A stretch of 64,000 nucleotides of DNA from positions 25,904-89,903 of the forward strand of contig JBCCIS010000003.1 of the NCBI GenBank assembly GCA_039028155.1, given 5' to 3'. Position numbers and translations under genes: made by a program. Below are positions 19,064-28,844 of this stretch, in pieces. Numbering within the stretch: position 1 is the first letter of the stretch; the number at the start of each line of letters is the position of its first letter. The notes beneath the pieces were generated by a model. That model did not search any database. It had not been told where the DNA came from and saw nothing but the letters and a program-made list of their open reading frames with translations. Source of the stretch: Pseudomonadota bacterium. Lineage in GTDB: Bacteria; Pseudomonadota; Alphaproteobacteria; SP197.

Positions 19064-20188
19064 ATGAGGATGGAACTTTCCGAGTTTAAAGACCGCCTGG
19101 CATCGGGTTCGCTGACCCGCCGCGACATCAGCAAGGTGCTGGCTTCGGTCGGTCTGGTGACCGTCTCGATGCCGGTGATCAAGAACGCCGCCCATGCGGC
19201 GCCGACGATCCAGGTCTTCACCTGGTCCGGCTATGACGTGCCGGAGATGCACGGCACCTACACCGAGGCCTATGGTGCCTCGCCGGAGTTCTTGTTCTAC
19301 GCTGACAACGACGAGGCGATTGAAAAGGTCCGTGCCGGTTATGCGCCGACGCTAGTACAGCCGACCAGCTACATGATCGGCCGCTGGCGAGACGCCGGCC
19401 TGCTCGTGCCGATCGATACCTCGCGGCTCTCCTACTATCCCGAGGTCTTTCAGCAGTTGAAGGATATCGGCGCCTTAAGTCACGACGGTCAGACCTATGG
19501 CGTACCGTTGGCGTGGGGCAACAGTTCGGTCCTGTTCCGCAAGGACCTGGCGCCGGAATACGTCGACAACCCGACCTGGGAGATCCTATGGGATCCGAAG
19601 TATGCCGGCCGTCTTGCCCAGCGTGACTCGATGGATGCCGGCGTTCTCGAAGCCGCGCTGATTTTGGGCATCGAGGATCCCTACAACATGTCGGACGCTG
19701 ATCTCGAACGTGTTCGCGAGAAGCTGGTCGAGCAGCGCCCGCTGCTGCGCTACTACTGGAACAGCCAGGCCGACATTGAACAAGCCATCGCATCCGGCGA
19801 AATCGTCGCCGCCTATGCGTGGAACGACGCTTATGCGGCGCTGAAGCGCGAGGGCCATGACGTCGGCTATATGATTCCGAAAGAAGGTATTCTGACCTGG
19901 GTCGACACGACATGCATGATCAAGGACGGACCCGGCGACGAGGCCGAAGCCTATGACTTCATGAACGCGCTGATCTCGCCGGAAACCGGTGTCTTCCTGA
20001 TCGAGGAGTACGGCTACGGATCGGTCAACGAGAAGTCCTATCCGCTGGCCAACCAGGAACTGCTGGTCGAACTCGGCATCGAGGATCCCGACAAGGTTCT
20101 GGCGCTGGGCGAGTTCTTCGACGAGTGGAACCCGCAAGTCCGCGAAAAGGCCAACATCATGTTCGAAGAGGTGAAGGCCGGCTTCTAA
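19064..20188 (+). CDS. PotD/PotF-family periplasmic substrate-binding protein with Tat-type signal
   Basis: Start ATG after AAGGAGG. Signal region SLTRRDISKVLASVGLVTV is a twin-arginine-like motif. The polyamine/opine-type SBP fold follows. Confidence 0.7.
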   Translation: MRMELSEFKDRLASGSLTRRDISKVLASVGLVTVSMPVIKNAAHAAPTIQVFTWSGYDVPEMHGTYTEAYGASPEFLFYADNDEAIEKVRAGYAPTLVQPTSYMIGRWRDAGLLVPIDTSRLSYYPEVFQQLKDIGALSHDGQTYGVPLAWGNSSVLFRKDLAPEYVDNPTWEILWDPKYAGRLAQRDSMDAGVLEAALILGIEDPYNMSDADLERVREKLVEQRPLLRYYWNSQADIEQAIASGEIVAAYAWNDAYAALKREGHDVGYMIPKEGILTWVDTTCMIKDGPGDEAEAYDFMNALISPETGVFLIEEYGYGSVNEKSYPLANQELLVELGIEDPDKVLALGEFFDEWNPQVREKANIMFEEVKAGF

Positions 20189-20268
20189 CCGGTCCTCGCC
20201 TTTTACATTCTAACTGCCACGAAGACCCGGCGATCGAACCTATTGCCGGGTCCTGAGTGCGATTGTCG

Positions 20269-21540
20269 ATGCTAAGTACCGATCCCTATTGGTGGGAGGC
20301 GGCGGCGCCACAAACTTCGGATCAAACGCCGCCGCCTACCGCCGAGATTGCCATCGTCGGTTCCGGCTTTGCCGGGCTGTCGGCAGCGTTGACCTTGGCA
20401 CGCGGCGGCCGAAGCGTCGTTGTGTTGGACGCCGGCGCCATCGGCGGCGGCGCCAGTTCACGCAATGTTGGTTTTTTGGGCCACGAATTGCGCACGTCGC
20501 TGTCGCGCTTGACGGCACTGCACGGCCGATCGGAGGCGATCGAGATCGCGCGCGAGGGGATCGCCGCCCAGCGTTTTGCCATCCAGCGTATCAACGATGA
20601 AGCCATCGCGTGCGACCTCTGCGAACCCGGTCGTCTGGTTCCGGCTTGGCGCCCGTCCCATTACGGCGCCCTGGCCATCGATGCCGAGACCCAGTACCGC
20701 GCCTTCGGCATCGAGTTCGAGATGCTGGATGCCGATGCGCTGCGGCGCGAACTCGGCACAGACGCCTATTGCGGCGCCAAGCTGGTGCGCCGCTCCTTTG
20801 CGCTGCATCCCGGCAAGTTCGTCGCTGGCCTTGCCGAGCGCGCGGCGGATGCAGGGGCTGTTCTGGTCGACACCTGTCCGGTCGAGGCGATGGTCCCCGA
20901 CCACGATGGCGTGAAGCTCCACACCGCGCGCGGTCCCCTTCTTGCGCGTGAGGTTCTGGTCGCCACCAATGGCTACACGGGCCGACTGACCCCGGACCTT
21001 CGCCGCCGGCTGCTGCCCGTCGGCAGTTATGTTGCGGCGACGGAAGAACTCAGCCCCGAACGGATGGCGCGGATCTTGCCGACCGGCCGGGTCGGCGTCG
21101 ACACGCGGCATGTCTTTTCCGCTTTTCGCCCGTCACCGGATGGCAGCCGGCTGATCTTCGGCGGCCGCGCCTCGTTGCACAATCTGGACGCCCGCAGGGC
21201 CGCGACGATCCTGCGTCGCCAGATGGTGCGTCTGTTCCCCGACCTTGCCGATGTCGCGATAACCCACTCATGGAGCGGTTATGTCGCCTTCACGTTCGAC
21301 CGGCTGCCCCATTTGGGCCGCAAGGGTCGCGTTCGACACGTCATGGGATTCAACGGCGCCGGTGTCGGCATGGCGACCTATCTCGGTCACCGGGCGGCTC
21401 TATCGATCCTTGGCGGCAACGAGCCGGAAAGCATCTTCGAACGCCACGATTTTCCTACCCGCCGCTTCTACTCCGGCAACACGTGGTTTTTGCCGCTCGC
21501 CTTCGCCTATTACAAACTCAAGGATCGTTTCGCCCACTGA
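20269..21540 (+). CDS. FAD-dependent oxidoreductase, PuuB/OrdL (gamma-glutamylputrescine oxidase-like) family
   Basis: PYWWE N-terminal motif. Dinucleotide-binding IAIVGSGFAGLSAAL. C-terminal HSWSGYVAFTFDRLPHLG. Paralogous to the gene at 60876. Confidence 0.75.
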   Translation: MLSTDPYWWEAAAPQTSDQTPPPTAEIAIVGSGFAGLSAALTLARGGRSVVVLDAGAIGGGASSRNVGFLGHELRTSLSRLTALHGRSEAIEIAREGIAAQRFAIQRINDEAIACDLCEPGRLVPAWRPSHYGALAIDAETQYRAFGIEFEMLDADALRRELGTDAYCGAKLVRRSFALHPGKFVAGLAERAADAGAVLVDTCPVEAMVPDHDGVKLHTARGPLLAREVLVATNGYTGRLTPDLRRRLLPVGSYVAATEELSPERMARILPTGRVGVDTRHVFSAFRPSPDGSRLIFGGRASLHNLDARRAATILRRQMVRLFPDLADVAITHSWSGYVAFTFDRLPHLGRKGRVRHVMGFNGAGVGMATYLGHRAALSILGGNEPESIFERHDFPTRRFYSGNTWFLPLAFAYYKLKDRFAH

Positions 21541-21564
21541 TCAGCAGCAAGGGGACCGCAGACC

Positions 21565-22389
21565 ATGTTCTCATTCGAAGGCAAATGCGCCGTCGTGACC
21601 GGTGCGGGCCGCGGCATCGGCCGACAGATCGCGCTCAATCTCGCCGAGCTTGGTGCTGATCTGGTCCTTGCCTCACGCACCGAAGGCGAAATCCAGACGG
21701 TCGCCGGCGAGATCGAAGCGATGGGGCGGCGCGCCTGGCCGATCATCGCTGACATGGGCGACCTTGATCAGGCGCTTGGTCTTGTCGACCAGGCCATCGA
21801 CGCCATGGGCGCCATCGATGTCTGGATTAACAACGCCGGTGGCGGGAGCAGCGTCAAGGGCGGTGTCGGTCCGATCGAGGAGGCGACCGTCGAAGGATTC
21901 GACGCGATCTACCAGCTCAATGTCCGCGTTCCATTCTTCTGCGCGCGCAAGACGGCTGACCACATGGCAACGCGCGGTGGCGGCGCCGTGTTGAACATCG
22001 TCTCGATTGACGGTGTCTTCGCCGCGCCCGGTGAAGGCGTCTATGGATCGGCGAAGGCCGCTTTGATCAGCCTGACCGAAACCATGGCAATCGAATACGG
22101 CCGACACAACGTGCGCTTCAACGCGATCGCACCGGCGCTGATCGACACCAAGCTGGTCGAGCGCCACCTGAGATCCGACGAGGATCGCCAGACCCGTGCC
22201 TCGTTCTACCCGCTCAACCGGGTCGGCAAACCGCAAGACATCGCCGCTGCGGCGATCTACTTCTGCTCCGACGAAGCCGGTTGGACATCCGGCCAGACCC
22301 TGGTCGTTGCCGGCGGCAATCAGGCGACCAGCGATCTCTTCTTGTGGGTTCGCAAGCACAACCCGGTGCCGGAGAGCAGGAGGATGTAG
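21565..22389 (+). CDS. Short-chain dehydrogenase/reductase (SDR)
   Basis: TGAGRGIG Rossmann motif, NNAG, and the YGSAKAA catalytic Tyr-x3-Lys. Confidence 0.85.
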   Translation: MFSFEGKCAVVTGAGRGIGRQIALNLAELGADLVLASRTEGEIQTVAGEIEAMGRRAWPIIADMGDLDQALGLVDQAIDAMGAIDVWINNAGGGSSVKGGVGPIEEATVEGFDAIYQLNVRVPFFCARKTADHMATRGGGAVLNIVSIDGVFAAPGEGVYGSAKAALISLTETMAIEYGRHNVRFNAIAPALIDTKLVERHLRSDEDRQTRASFYPLNRVGKPQDIAAAAIYFCSDEAGWTSGQTLVVAGGNQATSDLFLWVRKHNPVPESRRM

Positions 22390-22530
22390 CCGGATCCCAT
22401 CGCGGCCGATGATTTTGGATGCGGCGAGGGCCGTGAACCTGCTATGGGGCGCGGACAGCATCATCTGTCGCCTCACTAGACAGCATCGCGCCCCGGGCGC
22501 CCGAACCACACCTTGCCAGGGATCACGCCC

Positions 22531-24402
22531 ATGACCGGACATCGTCTCGACCCCCTGTTGACGCCGCGCTCGATCGCGCTGGTCGGCGCCTCCGACCGGG
22601 CCGGCACGGTCGGCCACGGCATGGTGGCGGGCCTCAAGGACGCCGGGTTCGCCGGACCGCTTTACGCGGTTAACCCCAAGTATGACGAGGTTCAGGGCGT
22701 CCCCTGTTTTGCGTCGCTCACCGACCTGCCGGAACCTGTCGACCTCGCGGTGCTCGGCGTCAACTCGATCCGCATCGAACAGCAGATGGCCGACGCCATC
22801 GCGCTTGGCGCGCGCGCCTGTGCCATCTTCGACAGCTGTTATCTGGATGACGAAACCGATCGCGGCCTCCTGAAACGACTGCGCGCCATGGCGGCCGAGG
22901 CCGACATGCCAGTCTGCGGCGGCAACGGCATGGGTTACCTCAACATGGATGCCTGGCTGCCGGTCACGATCTATAACGCGGTGCCCAAGATGAAACGCGG
23001 CGGCAATGTCGCCTTCATCACCCATTCCGGCACCGTGTTTTCGGAGATCGGACTCAACGATCCCCGTTACGCCTGCAACCTCATCGTCTCGTGCGGGCAA
23101 GAGATCAATGGCACCATGGCCGATTACATCGACTATGCGCTTGCCCTGCCCTCGACCCGTGTCATCGCGCTCTTCATGGAAACCGCGCGCGATCCCGGCG
23201 CCATGACGTCCGCGCTCGACAAGGCGCGCAAGCAGGGCGTACCCATCGTTGCGATGAAAGTCGGGCGTACAGACCTGGCATCCGCCTACGCGGTCGTTCA
23301 CTCCGGCGCCATCACCGGCGACGACAACGTCTATCAGGCGCTGTTCGACCGCTATGACGTCATGCGCGTCGACACCATGGACGACATGGCCAACCTCTTG
23401 ACCCTGCTCTCGAACCCGCGCGATGTCGCCGATGGCGGTCTTTCCTGTGTGCTCGATTCCGGCGGCGAACGCGAGATGCTGGTTGATCTGGCAGACAGCT
23501 CAGGCACGCCGTTGACCGCGTTGTCGCCGGCGACACAAGAGGCGTTGCGCCCGCGCCTGAACCATGCGCTGGAGCCGGTCAACCCGCTGGACGCCTGGGG
23601 CACCGCCGACAACTACGAGGAAGATTTCGAGGAGTATCTCGCGCTGATGGCGGGCGACGACGGTACCGGCATGGTCGTCTTCTGCGGTGACATGACGTGG
23701 AGCCCGAACGTCAAGGAGGGCTATCCCAAGGCCCTGGTCGAGGCGACCAAGCGCACCGACAAACCGGTCGGCGTTCTCATCAACATGCCGACCTCCGGCT
23801 TCATGGAGGTCGGTCTGGAGATGGCCGAGGCTGGCCTCGTCGTTTTGTCGGGCACAAAATCGGGCCTGACCGCCATCCGCCACGCGATGACGTGGCGCGA
23901 TCGCGACATGTTGTCCCCTGACATTGGTGTTGTGTCGGCCGACCCGGCCGCCATTGACCGTTGGCGCGAACGCTTCGCCGCAGGCACACCGTCCAACGAC
24001 GACGCGCTCGCCCTCGTGGCGGACTTCGGTATCGCGTCTTCTGCCGATGCCGCGTCAGCCGGCGGGCATCCGCCGCTGGTCTTCTTGATGATCCGCGATG
24101 ACCAGTTCGGTCCCGTCGTCACGCTCGCCTTCGATGGCGCCCTGGGCGACGCCGACAACGACCGCCGTTATGTCATGGCGCCCATCGGTCCGGATGCGGC
24201 GGGGCGGCTGATCGACAGCGTGCGCCTGCGTTCACTTCTGGGCGAGGACGACGCTGACGTGGGCGCTTTGGCCCAGGCTCTCAGCCGTTTTTCCGTTCTC
24301 GTCGCGGCGCTCGGCGAGAGCTTGGACCGCCTCGAGGCCGGGAATGTCATTGCTTCTCCCAATGGCTCGACGGTTGGCCGCGCCAGCCTTTCGCTTCGAT
24401 GA
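22531..24402 (+). CDS. Acyl-CoA synthetase (NDP-forming), single-chain CoA-binding + ATP-grasp
   Basis: N-terminal CoA-binding domain (SIALVGASDRAGTVGH...LYAVNPKY) and a succinyl-CoA-synthetase-like flavodoxin domain. About 620 aa. Confidence 0.7.
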   Translation: MTGHRLDPLLTPRSIALVGASDRAGTVGHGMVAGLKDAGFAGPLYAVNPKYDEVQGVPCFASLTDLPEPVDLAVLGVNSIRIEQQMADAIALGARACAIFDSCYLDDETDRGLLKRLRAMAAEADMPVCGGNGMGYLNMDAWLPVTIYNAVPKMKRGGNVAFITHSGTVFSEIGLNDPRYACNLIVSCGQEINGTMADYIDYALALPSTRVIALFMETARDPGAMTSALDKARKQGVPIVAMKVGRTDLASAYAVVHSGAITGDDNVYQALFDRYDVMRVDTMDDMANLLTLLSNPRDVADGGLSCVLDSGGEREMLVDLADSSGTPLTALSPATQEALRPRLNHALEPVNPLDAWGTADNYEEDFEEYLALMAGDDGTGMVVFCGDMTWSPNVKEGYPKALVEATKRTDKPVGVLINMPTSGFMEVGLEMAEAGLVVLSGTKSGLTAIRHAMTWRDRDMLSPDIGVVSADPAAIDRWRERFAAGTPSNDDALALVADFGIASSADAASAGGHPPLVFLMIRDDQFGPVVTLAFDGALGDADNDRRYVMAPIGPDAAGRLIDSVRLRSLLGEDDADVGALAQALSRFSVLVAALGESLDRLEAGNVIASPNGSTVGRASLSLR

Positions 24403-24665
24403 TCCCAGCAAGCGCCTGAGTCCGCGCGATATCTTCGGTTCCCAGGCCGCTTGTGGCGGGGTCAAACATCACTACAATAAATCCGGGGTCGGGGCGCGTT
24501 CCGATAACCTACACGCGAAGCCGCAGACAACTCCGCGACGGAGGTTGCGTGTCCCGGCCCTACGCAGGGGCCTGACGCCATTGTGAGGGCCGACACTGGC
24601 AAAGCGCCAGTTCCCATCGCATGTATAGAGCCAGACGTTCTTGAATGGACTGCCGGGACCGAACG

Positions 24666-25574
24666 ATGACCCGCACGGCACGATACGTCACGCGCGAGCT
24701 CAGCGCCCTTTTGCTTTTGGTTGTCACATCGCCGCTCGCCTTGGCCGAAACGAACTTCGACCGCGGCCTTCTGTGGCGTGTCGAGCGCGAGGGCCTGCCG
24801 CCCAGCTTCGTCTTCGGCACCGTGCACGTCACCGACGAACGTGTCTTGGACGTGCCCAAGCCCGTGACCGGCGCGCTCGCCCAAAGCAAGACCGCGGTCT
24901 TTGAGCTGATTGTGACGCCGGAGCTGCAAGCCGAACTGGCCGGCGCCATGATGTTCACCGACGGCACGTCCTTGAAGCAGCTTACCGGTGAGGAACTGTT
25001 CGCAACGACCAGCGATGTCGCTGCCACCTACGGCCTGATCCCTTCCGTCTTGAACCTGATCAAACCCTGGGCGCTGATCGCCATGTTCAGCGCGCCGCCG
25101 GAGGAGACCCAGCGCCAGGCGCTCGGCCATCCCATGCTCGATGCCTGGCTGCAGGACGAGGCGCGGCGCCAGAACAAGAAGCTCTTGGCGCTGGAAGAAC
25201 CGCACGAACAGATCGCCGCGTTGGAAGGCTTGGAACTCGACCACCAGCTCGAACTGCTGCGCGCGACAGTCGAAAACAAAGCGGACGTCGACCGCATGTT
25301 CGCCAACACACTTGATCTCTATCTCGACCGTGACCTCGCCGGCCTTCAGCAACTGACCCAGGACGAAATGGCGGCGGGCGTCGGCAGTGACGTCCTCGAT
25401 GACTTCAATCAGAACCTCATCATCAGCCGCAACGACACCATGGCCGAAAGGCTGTTGCCCCTGATGAAGGACGGCGGTGTGTTCGTCGCCGTCGGCGCGC
25501 TGCACCTGCCCGGCGACAACGGCCTTTTGAACCAGTTGGCCGACGCCGGCTACGACGTCACGGTCGTCTACTAG
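24666..25574 (+). CDS. TraB/GumN family protein (secreted)
   Basis: Signal peptide followed by the LLWRVEREGLPPSFVFGTVHVTDE motif typical of TraB/GumN. Confidence 0.65.
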   Translation: MTRTARYVTRELSALLLLVVTSPLALAETNFDRGLLWRVEREGLPPSFVFGTVHVTDERVLDVPKPVTGALAQSKTAVFELIVTPELQAELAGAMMFTDGTSLKQLTGEELFATTSDVAATYGLIPSVLNLIKPWALIAMFSAPPEETQRQALGHPMLDAWLQDEARRQNKKLLALEEPHEQIAALEGLELDHQLELLRATVENKADVDRMFANTLDLYLDRDLAGLQQLTQDEMAAGVGSDVLDDFNQNLIISRNDTMAERLLPLMKDGGVFVAVGALHLPGDNGLLNQLADAGYDVTVVY

Positions 25575-25652
25575 GCTCTTCCCCCGTAAACTCGACAACC
25601 CGGGCGCCACGGCGCCATGGGCACATGGTCGATTACGCGGGGACAGCCTTCG

Positions 25653-26414
25653 ATGCCGAACAGAAAAGACCAGATCCGCGCGCTGTTGAAGAGTATCGAG
25701 ACCGGCGACCCCGGGCCTATCGCCGTCGTCAATCAGGAACGCTACATCCAGCATAACCCGCAGACCCATAAGGGCAGCGAGGGTCTGGAGGTGCTCTTCG
25801 AGCGCCTGTCGAAGACCTCGCCGCGCGTCAACGTCGTGCGCGCGTTCGAAGACGGCGACTTCGTTTTCGGCCACACCGAGTATGACTTCTCACGCTCGAA
25901 CATCGGTTTCGAAGTGTTCCGGTTCGACGGTGACCGCGTCGTCGAGCACTGGGACAACATCCAACAGCGCCAGGGCCCGAACCCGTCGGGCCGCACCATG
26001 GTCGACGGCGTGATTGAGTCGACTGACCGTGAGTTGACGGAGACGAACCGCGAGATCGCGCGCGCCTTTGTCGATGAGGTTCTCGTGCATCGCCAGTTGG
26101 ACACGCTGGAGAGCTACGTCAACGACGGATGTCTCATCCAACACGACCCGCACCTTGCCGACGGCGCCGAGGCGCTTCGTGCTGCACTTGAAACACGGTC
26201 GGAGACGGGTTTCGCGATCCAGTACGACCGCATCCATCGCGTCCTTGCCGAAGGCAGTTTTGTCCTGACCGTCAGCGAAGGATTCCGGAACGGCGTGCAC
26301 ACCTCATTCTACAATCTCGTGCGCATCGAAGACGGCAAAGTCGTCGAACACTGGAACACCGTCGAGGCGATCCCGCCACGCAGCGCGTGGAAGAACGACA
26401 ACGGCAAGTTCTGA
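25653..26414 (+). CDS. Tandem SnoaL-like/NTF2-like domain protein (predicted ester cyclase-like)
   Basis: Two repeated approximately 120-aa units, each ending in (V)VEHW(D/N), consistent with SnoaL-like polyketide cyclase folds. Confidence 0.55.
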   Translation: MPNRKDQIRALLKSIETGDPGPIAVVNQERYIQHNPQTHKGSEGLEVLFERLSKTSPRVNVVRAFEDGDFVFGHTEYDFSRSNIGFEVFRFDGDRVVEHWDNIQQRQGPNPSGRTMVDGVIESTDRELTETNREIARAFVDEVLVHRQLDTLESYVNDGCLIQHDPHLADGAEALRAALETRSETGFAIQYDRIHRVLAEGSFVLTVSEGFRNGVHTSFYNLVRIEDGKVVEHWNTVEAIPPRSAWKNDNGKF

Positions 26415-26423
26415 ACGACAGCT

Positions 26424-26639
26424 CTAGTCGAACGACTCCAGGTCCTCCGGCGTGGTTTCCATGGACGGCCAGCGCCAAAACGCCGCGACCCAGAACAGCA
26501 CGATGTTGGCGATAGGCACGTAGGCCAGCAGTCCCCACAACGGCGAGCGGCCCATCTTCTTCAATACCCAGAAGAACGGCAGGAAGAGGATGAGCCAAAA
26601 CATCAGCGTCCAATGGAGGATCGAGAGGACACCCATCAT
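26424..26639 (-). CDS. Small membrane protein (~71 aa, PLDc_N/DUF805-like motif), second gene of pair 1
   Basis: Internal start MMGVLSIL; contains WVLKKMGRSPLWGLLAYVPIANIVLFWVAAFWRWPS. Paralogous to the gene at 27878..28105. Confidence 0.6.
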   Translation of the reverse strand: MMGVLSILHWTLMFWLILFLPFFWVLKKMGRSPLWGLLAYVPIANIVLFWVAAFWRWPSMETTPEDLESFD

Positions 26640-26821
26640 GCGACCTCCCGCCGCCACGGCCGGTTCGCCAGAAGCAACAGCGCGATCGGCAGGCCGATGA
26701 TCGGTAGCAGCACGAAAAGGCTGAACGCCCATGAGGCGCCCGAACGCGCAAACATGATCGCGATCGGAATGCCAAACAGCACGTAGATGCTGATCATGTG
26801 AACAATCAGGAACAGCGACAT
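26636..26821 (-). CDS. Small membrane protein (61 aa), first gene of pair 1
   Basis: Two TM helices, MSLFLIVHMISIYVLFGIPIAIMFARSGASWAFSLFVLLPIIGLPIALLLL. Its stop overlaps the next start (ATGA). Paralogous to the gene at 28102..28299. Confidence 0.6.
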   Translation of the reverse strand: MSLFLIVHMISIYVLFGIPIAIMFARSGASWAFSLFVLLPIIGLPIALLLLANRPWRREVA

Positions 26822-26917
26822 CGCCTCACCTCCCTGGGGGGCACAAGTGTCGCGTCGAGGGCGCGCGGCTGTCCAGTCGGCTTGACACTCTATGCGACAA
26901 TATATAACATATACGTT
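26822..26917. promoter_or_regulatory. AT-rich divergent promoter/operator region of the ArsR operon
   Basis: TATGCGACAATATATAACATATACGTTATGG is strikingly AT-rich in a 65% GC genome. It contains the imperfect palindrome AACATATACGTT immediately upstream of the ArsR ATG. Confidence 0.5.
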
Positions 26918-27289
26918 ATGGAACTATCTCGTTATGAACAGGCACCGGCCAACCTGGACGCCGTGTTCTCAGCACTCGCCGATCCGACGCGCCGCGCCAT
27001 CCTGACCCGGCTGGCCGACGGTCAGGCCTCGGTCAACGAGATCGCGGCGCCGTTTTCCATGAGCCAGCCTGCCGTCTCGCGCCACCTGAAAGTCCTGGAA
27101 CGGGCCGGCTTGATCGAGCGCGATATCGACCAACAGCGCCGTCCGGCCCGCCTGAAGGCCGAGACCATGGCGGACGCCGTGGCGTGGCTGGAGCGTTTCC
27201 GTGCGTTCTGGGGCGCCAGTTTCGATCAACTCGACGACCTTCTGACCGATATGAAACGCAGCCATCAGAAAGACGAGGACCATGCCTGA
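26918..27289 (+). CDS. ArsR/SmtB family transcriptional regulator
   Basis: LADPTRRAILTRLADGQASVNEIAAPFSMSQPAVSRHLKVLERAGLI is the ArsR winged HTH. Start at the internal ATG (MELSRYE). Confidence 0.85.
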   Translation: MELSRYEQAPANLDAVFSALADPTRRAILTRLADGQASVNEIAAPFSMSQPAVSRHLKVLERAGLIERDIDQQRRPARLKAETMADAVAWLERFRAFWGASFDQLDDLLTDMKRSHQKDEDHA

Positions 27290-27785
27290 CACAGCCACGT
27301 ACGTTTTCGACCGCATGTTCGACGCGCCGCGCGCCATGGTCTGGCGCACCTGGACCGACCCCGAGCTTCTGGCCCGCTGGTACGGCCCGGGCGTCGAAAC
27401 AATCATTCACGGGTTCGACCTGAAGCCCGGTGGCGCATGGCTTAACGAGATGCGCTGGGGCGACAAATCCGACCGCAGCAAGATGGTGTTTCAGGAGGTC
27501 GTGCCCGAGGAGAAGCTGGTCTGGCACCACTCATCGACCGACGCCGATTGGAACATCGTCACCAATCCCATGATGGCCGACTGGCCGCGCGTGCTGCTGA
27601 CCACAGTGACGTTTGAAGACCAGGGCGCCCAGACCAAGGTCCGCCTGACCATGGTGCCGCTCGACGCCACCGAGGCAGAGATCGCCTGTTTCGCCGGCGC
27701 CATGGCCGGCATGGACAAGGGCTGGGGCAGCGGCGCCGACATTCTCGACACGATGCTCGCCGAACTTCAGGCAGCGGCCTCTTAA
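27282..27785 (+). CDS. SRPBCC/AHSA1 (activator of Hsp90 ATPase homolog-like) domain protein
   Basis: FDAPRAMVWRTWTDPELLARWYGP is the AHSA1/SRPBCC signature. It overlaps ArsR by 8 bp, the usual ArsR-AHSA1 pairing. Confidence 0.8.
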   Translation: MPDTATYVFDRMFDAPRAMVWRTWTDPELLARWYGPGVETIIHGFDLKPGGAWLNEMRWGDKSDRSKMVFQEVVPEEKLVWHHSSTDADWNIVTNPMMADWPRVLLTTVTFEDQGAQTKVRLTMVPLDATEAEIACFAGAMAGMDKGWGSGADILDTMLAELQAAAS

Positions 27786-27877
27786 GCGCCACCGCCAGAA
27801 CGAACATGACCGACGCACCTGGAGAGTGCGCCGGTCATGGATCTCAATGTCGACCCGGACGACGACCGGGCGATGCG

Positions 27878-28105
27878 CTAATCGAACTCGAGCGCGGTGT
27901 ACTGGTAGCCGTCGACCGACGGCCAGCGCCAGAAGGCGAAGACCCAGTACATAACGACGTTGACGAGGGGCACAAACAGCAGAACGCCCCACCACGGTGT
28001 GCGGCCCATCTTCTTCAAGACCCAGAAGAAGGGCAGAACGGGCAGCACAATAATGATCAACGCGACGACGATGAGCATGCCGCCAGCCATTGCGTCCGGA
28101 GTCAT
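27878..28105 (-). CDS. Small membrane protein (75 aa, PLDc_N/DUF805-like motif), second gene of pair 2
   Basis: PFFWVLKKMGRTPWWGVLLFVPLVNVVMYWVFAFWRWPS is nearly identical in pattern to pair 1. ATGA overlap with the upstream small gene. Confidence 0.6.
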   Translation of the reverse strand: MTPDAMAGGMLIVVALIIIVLPVLPFFWVLKKMGRTPWWGVLLFVPLVNVVMYWVFAFWRWPSVDGYQYTALEFD

Positions 28106-28299
28106 GCTCGCCTCCCGCGCGGTTCCCAGTCAGAGACCGCCAAAATCACGGCGGCAATCGGCAAGCCAATATAGGGAATGAGAACCAGCAGGCTCCATGC
28201 CCAGGTTTTGCCAATTCGGTTAAACATCACGGCAACGGGTATGCCGATCAGCAGATAGCCGAATATGGAAAAAATGATCGTTTCCATAGATATCCCCAA
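28102..28299 (-). CDS. Small membrane protein (65 aa), first gene of pair 2
   Basis: METIIFSIFGYLLIGIPVAVMFNRIGKTWAWSLLVLIPYIGLPIAAVILAV, paralog of the gene at 26636..26821. Confidence 0.6.
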   Translation of the reverse strand: MGISMETIIFSIFGYLLIGIPVAVMFNRIGKTWAWSLLVLIPYIGLPIAAVILAVSDWEPRGRRA

Positions 28300-28461
28300 T
28301 CACCCTTGGAAGCGGCGATTATCGCGGCTGATGGCCAAAACTGTCGTGTGACGCCCACTACATCCGTGCCTTTTGGGACTCTTTCGCGCTAGAGACCGTC
28401 GACAGGGCAGTTTTCGGCCTTCACGATACCAAAATAGCCCAAATCCGGAGGGATCAGCGCC

Positions 28462-28803
28462 ATGACCCAGCCTCTACGCTCCATCGTTAACGTTTATGAC
28501 GACACGTTTGGCCCCTATGACATGGAGGGGCCCGTGCAGGACGACATGAGTGTGTTGCTGGGCAGCTACAGCAACGACAGCAAGCGCGGGATCTACGTCA
28601 TGCGGATGCAACCGGGCGCGGAAACCATCGCCCACACCCACGGCTGCACCGAGGAGTTTCTGATCCTGGAGGGCGAGCTGATCGAGAGTGACGGCACCGT
28701 CCTAAAGCGCGGCGACCTCGTGACCTACGCCCCCGGCAGCCACCACAACTCCCGCACCGAAACCGGCTGTCTCCTGATCGGCTTCGATTGGGATCGTGCT
28801 TAG
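28462..28803 (+). CDS. Cupin domain protein
   Basis: Small beta-barrel with His-containing motifs (AHTHGCTEEF...GSHHN). Confidence 0.6.
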   Translation: MTQPLRSIVNVYDDTFGPYDMEGPVQDDMSVLLGSYSNDSKRGIYVMRMQPGAETIAHTHGCTEEFLILEGELIESDGTVLKRGDLVTYAPGSHHNSRTETGCLLIGFDWDRA

Positions 28804-28844
28804 GTCGTAGACCGCTAGCGCGGGTAGCTGCACCAGCCCACGCG

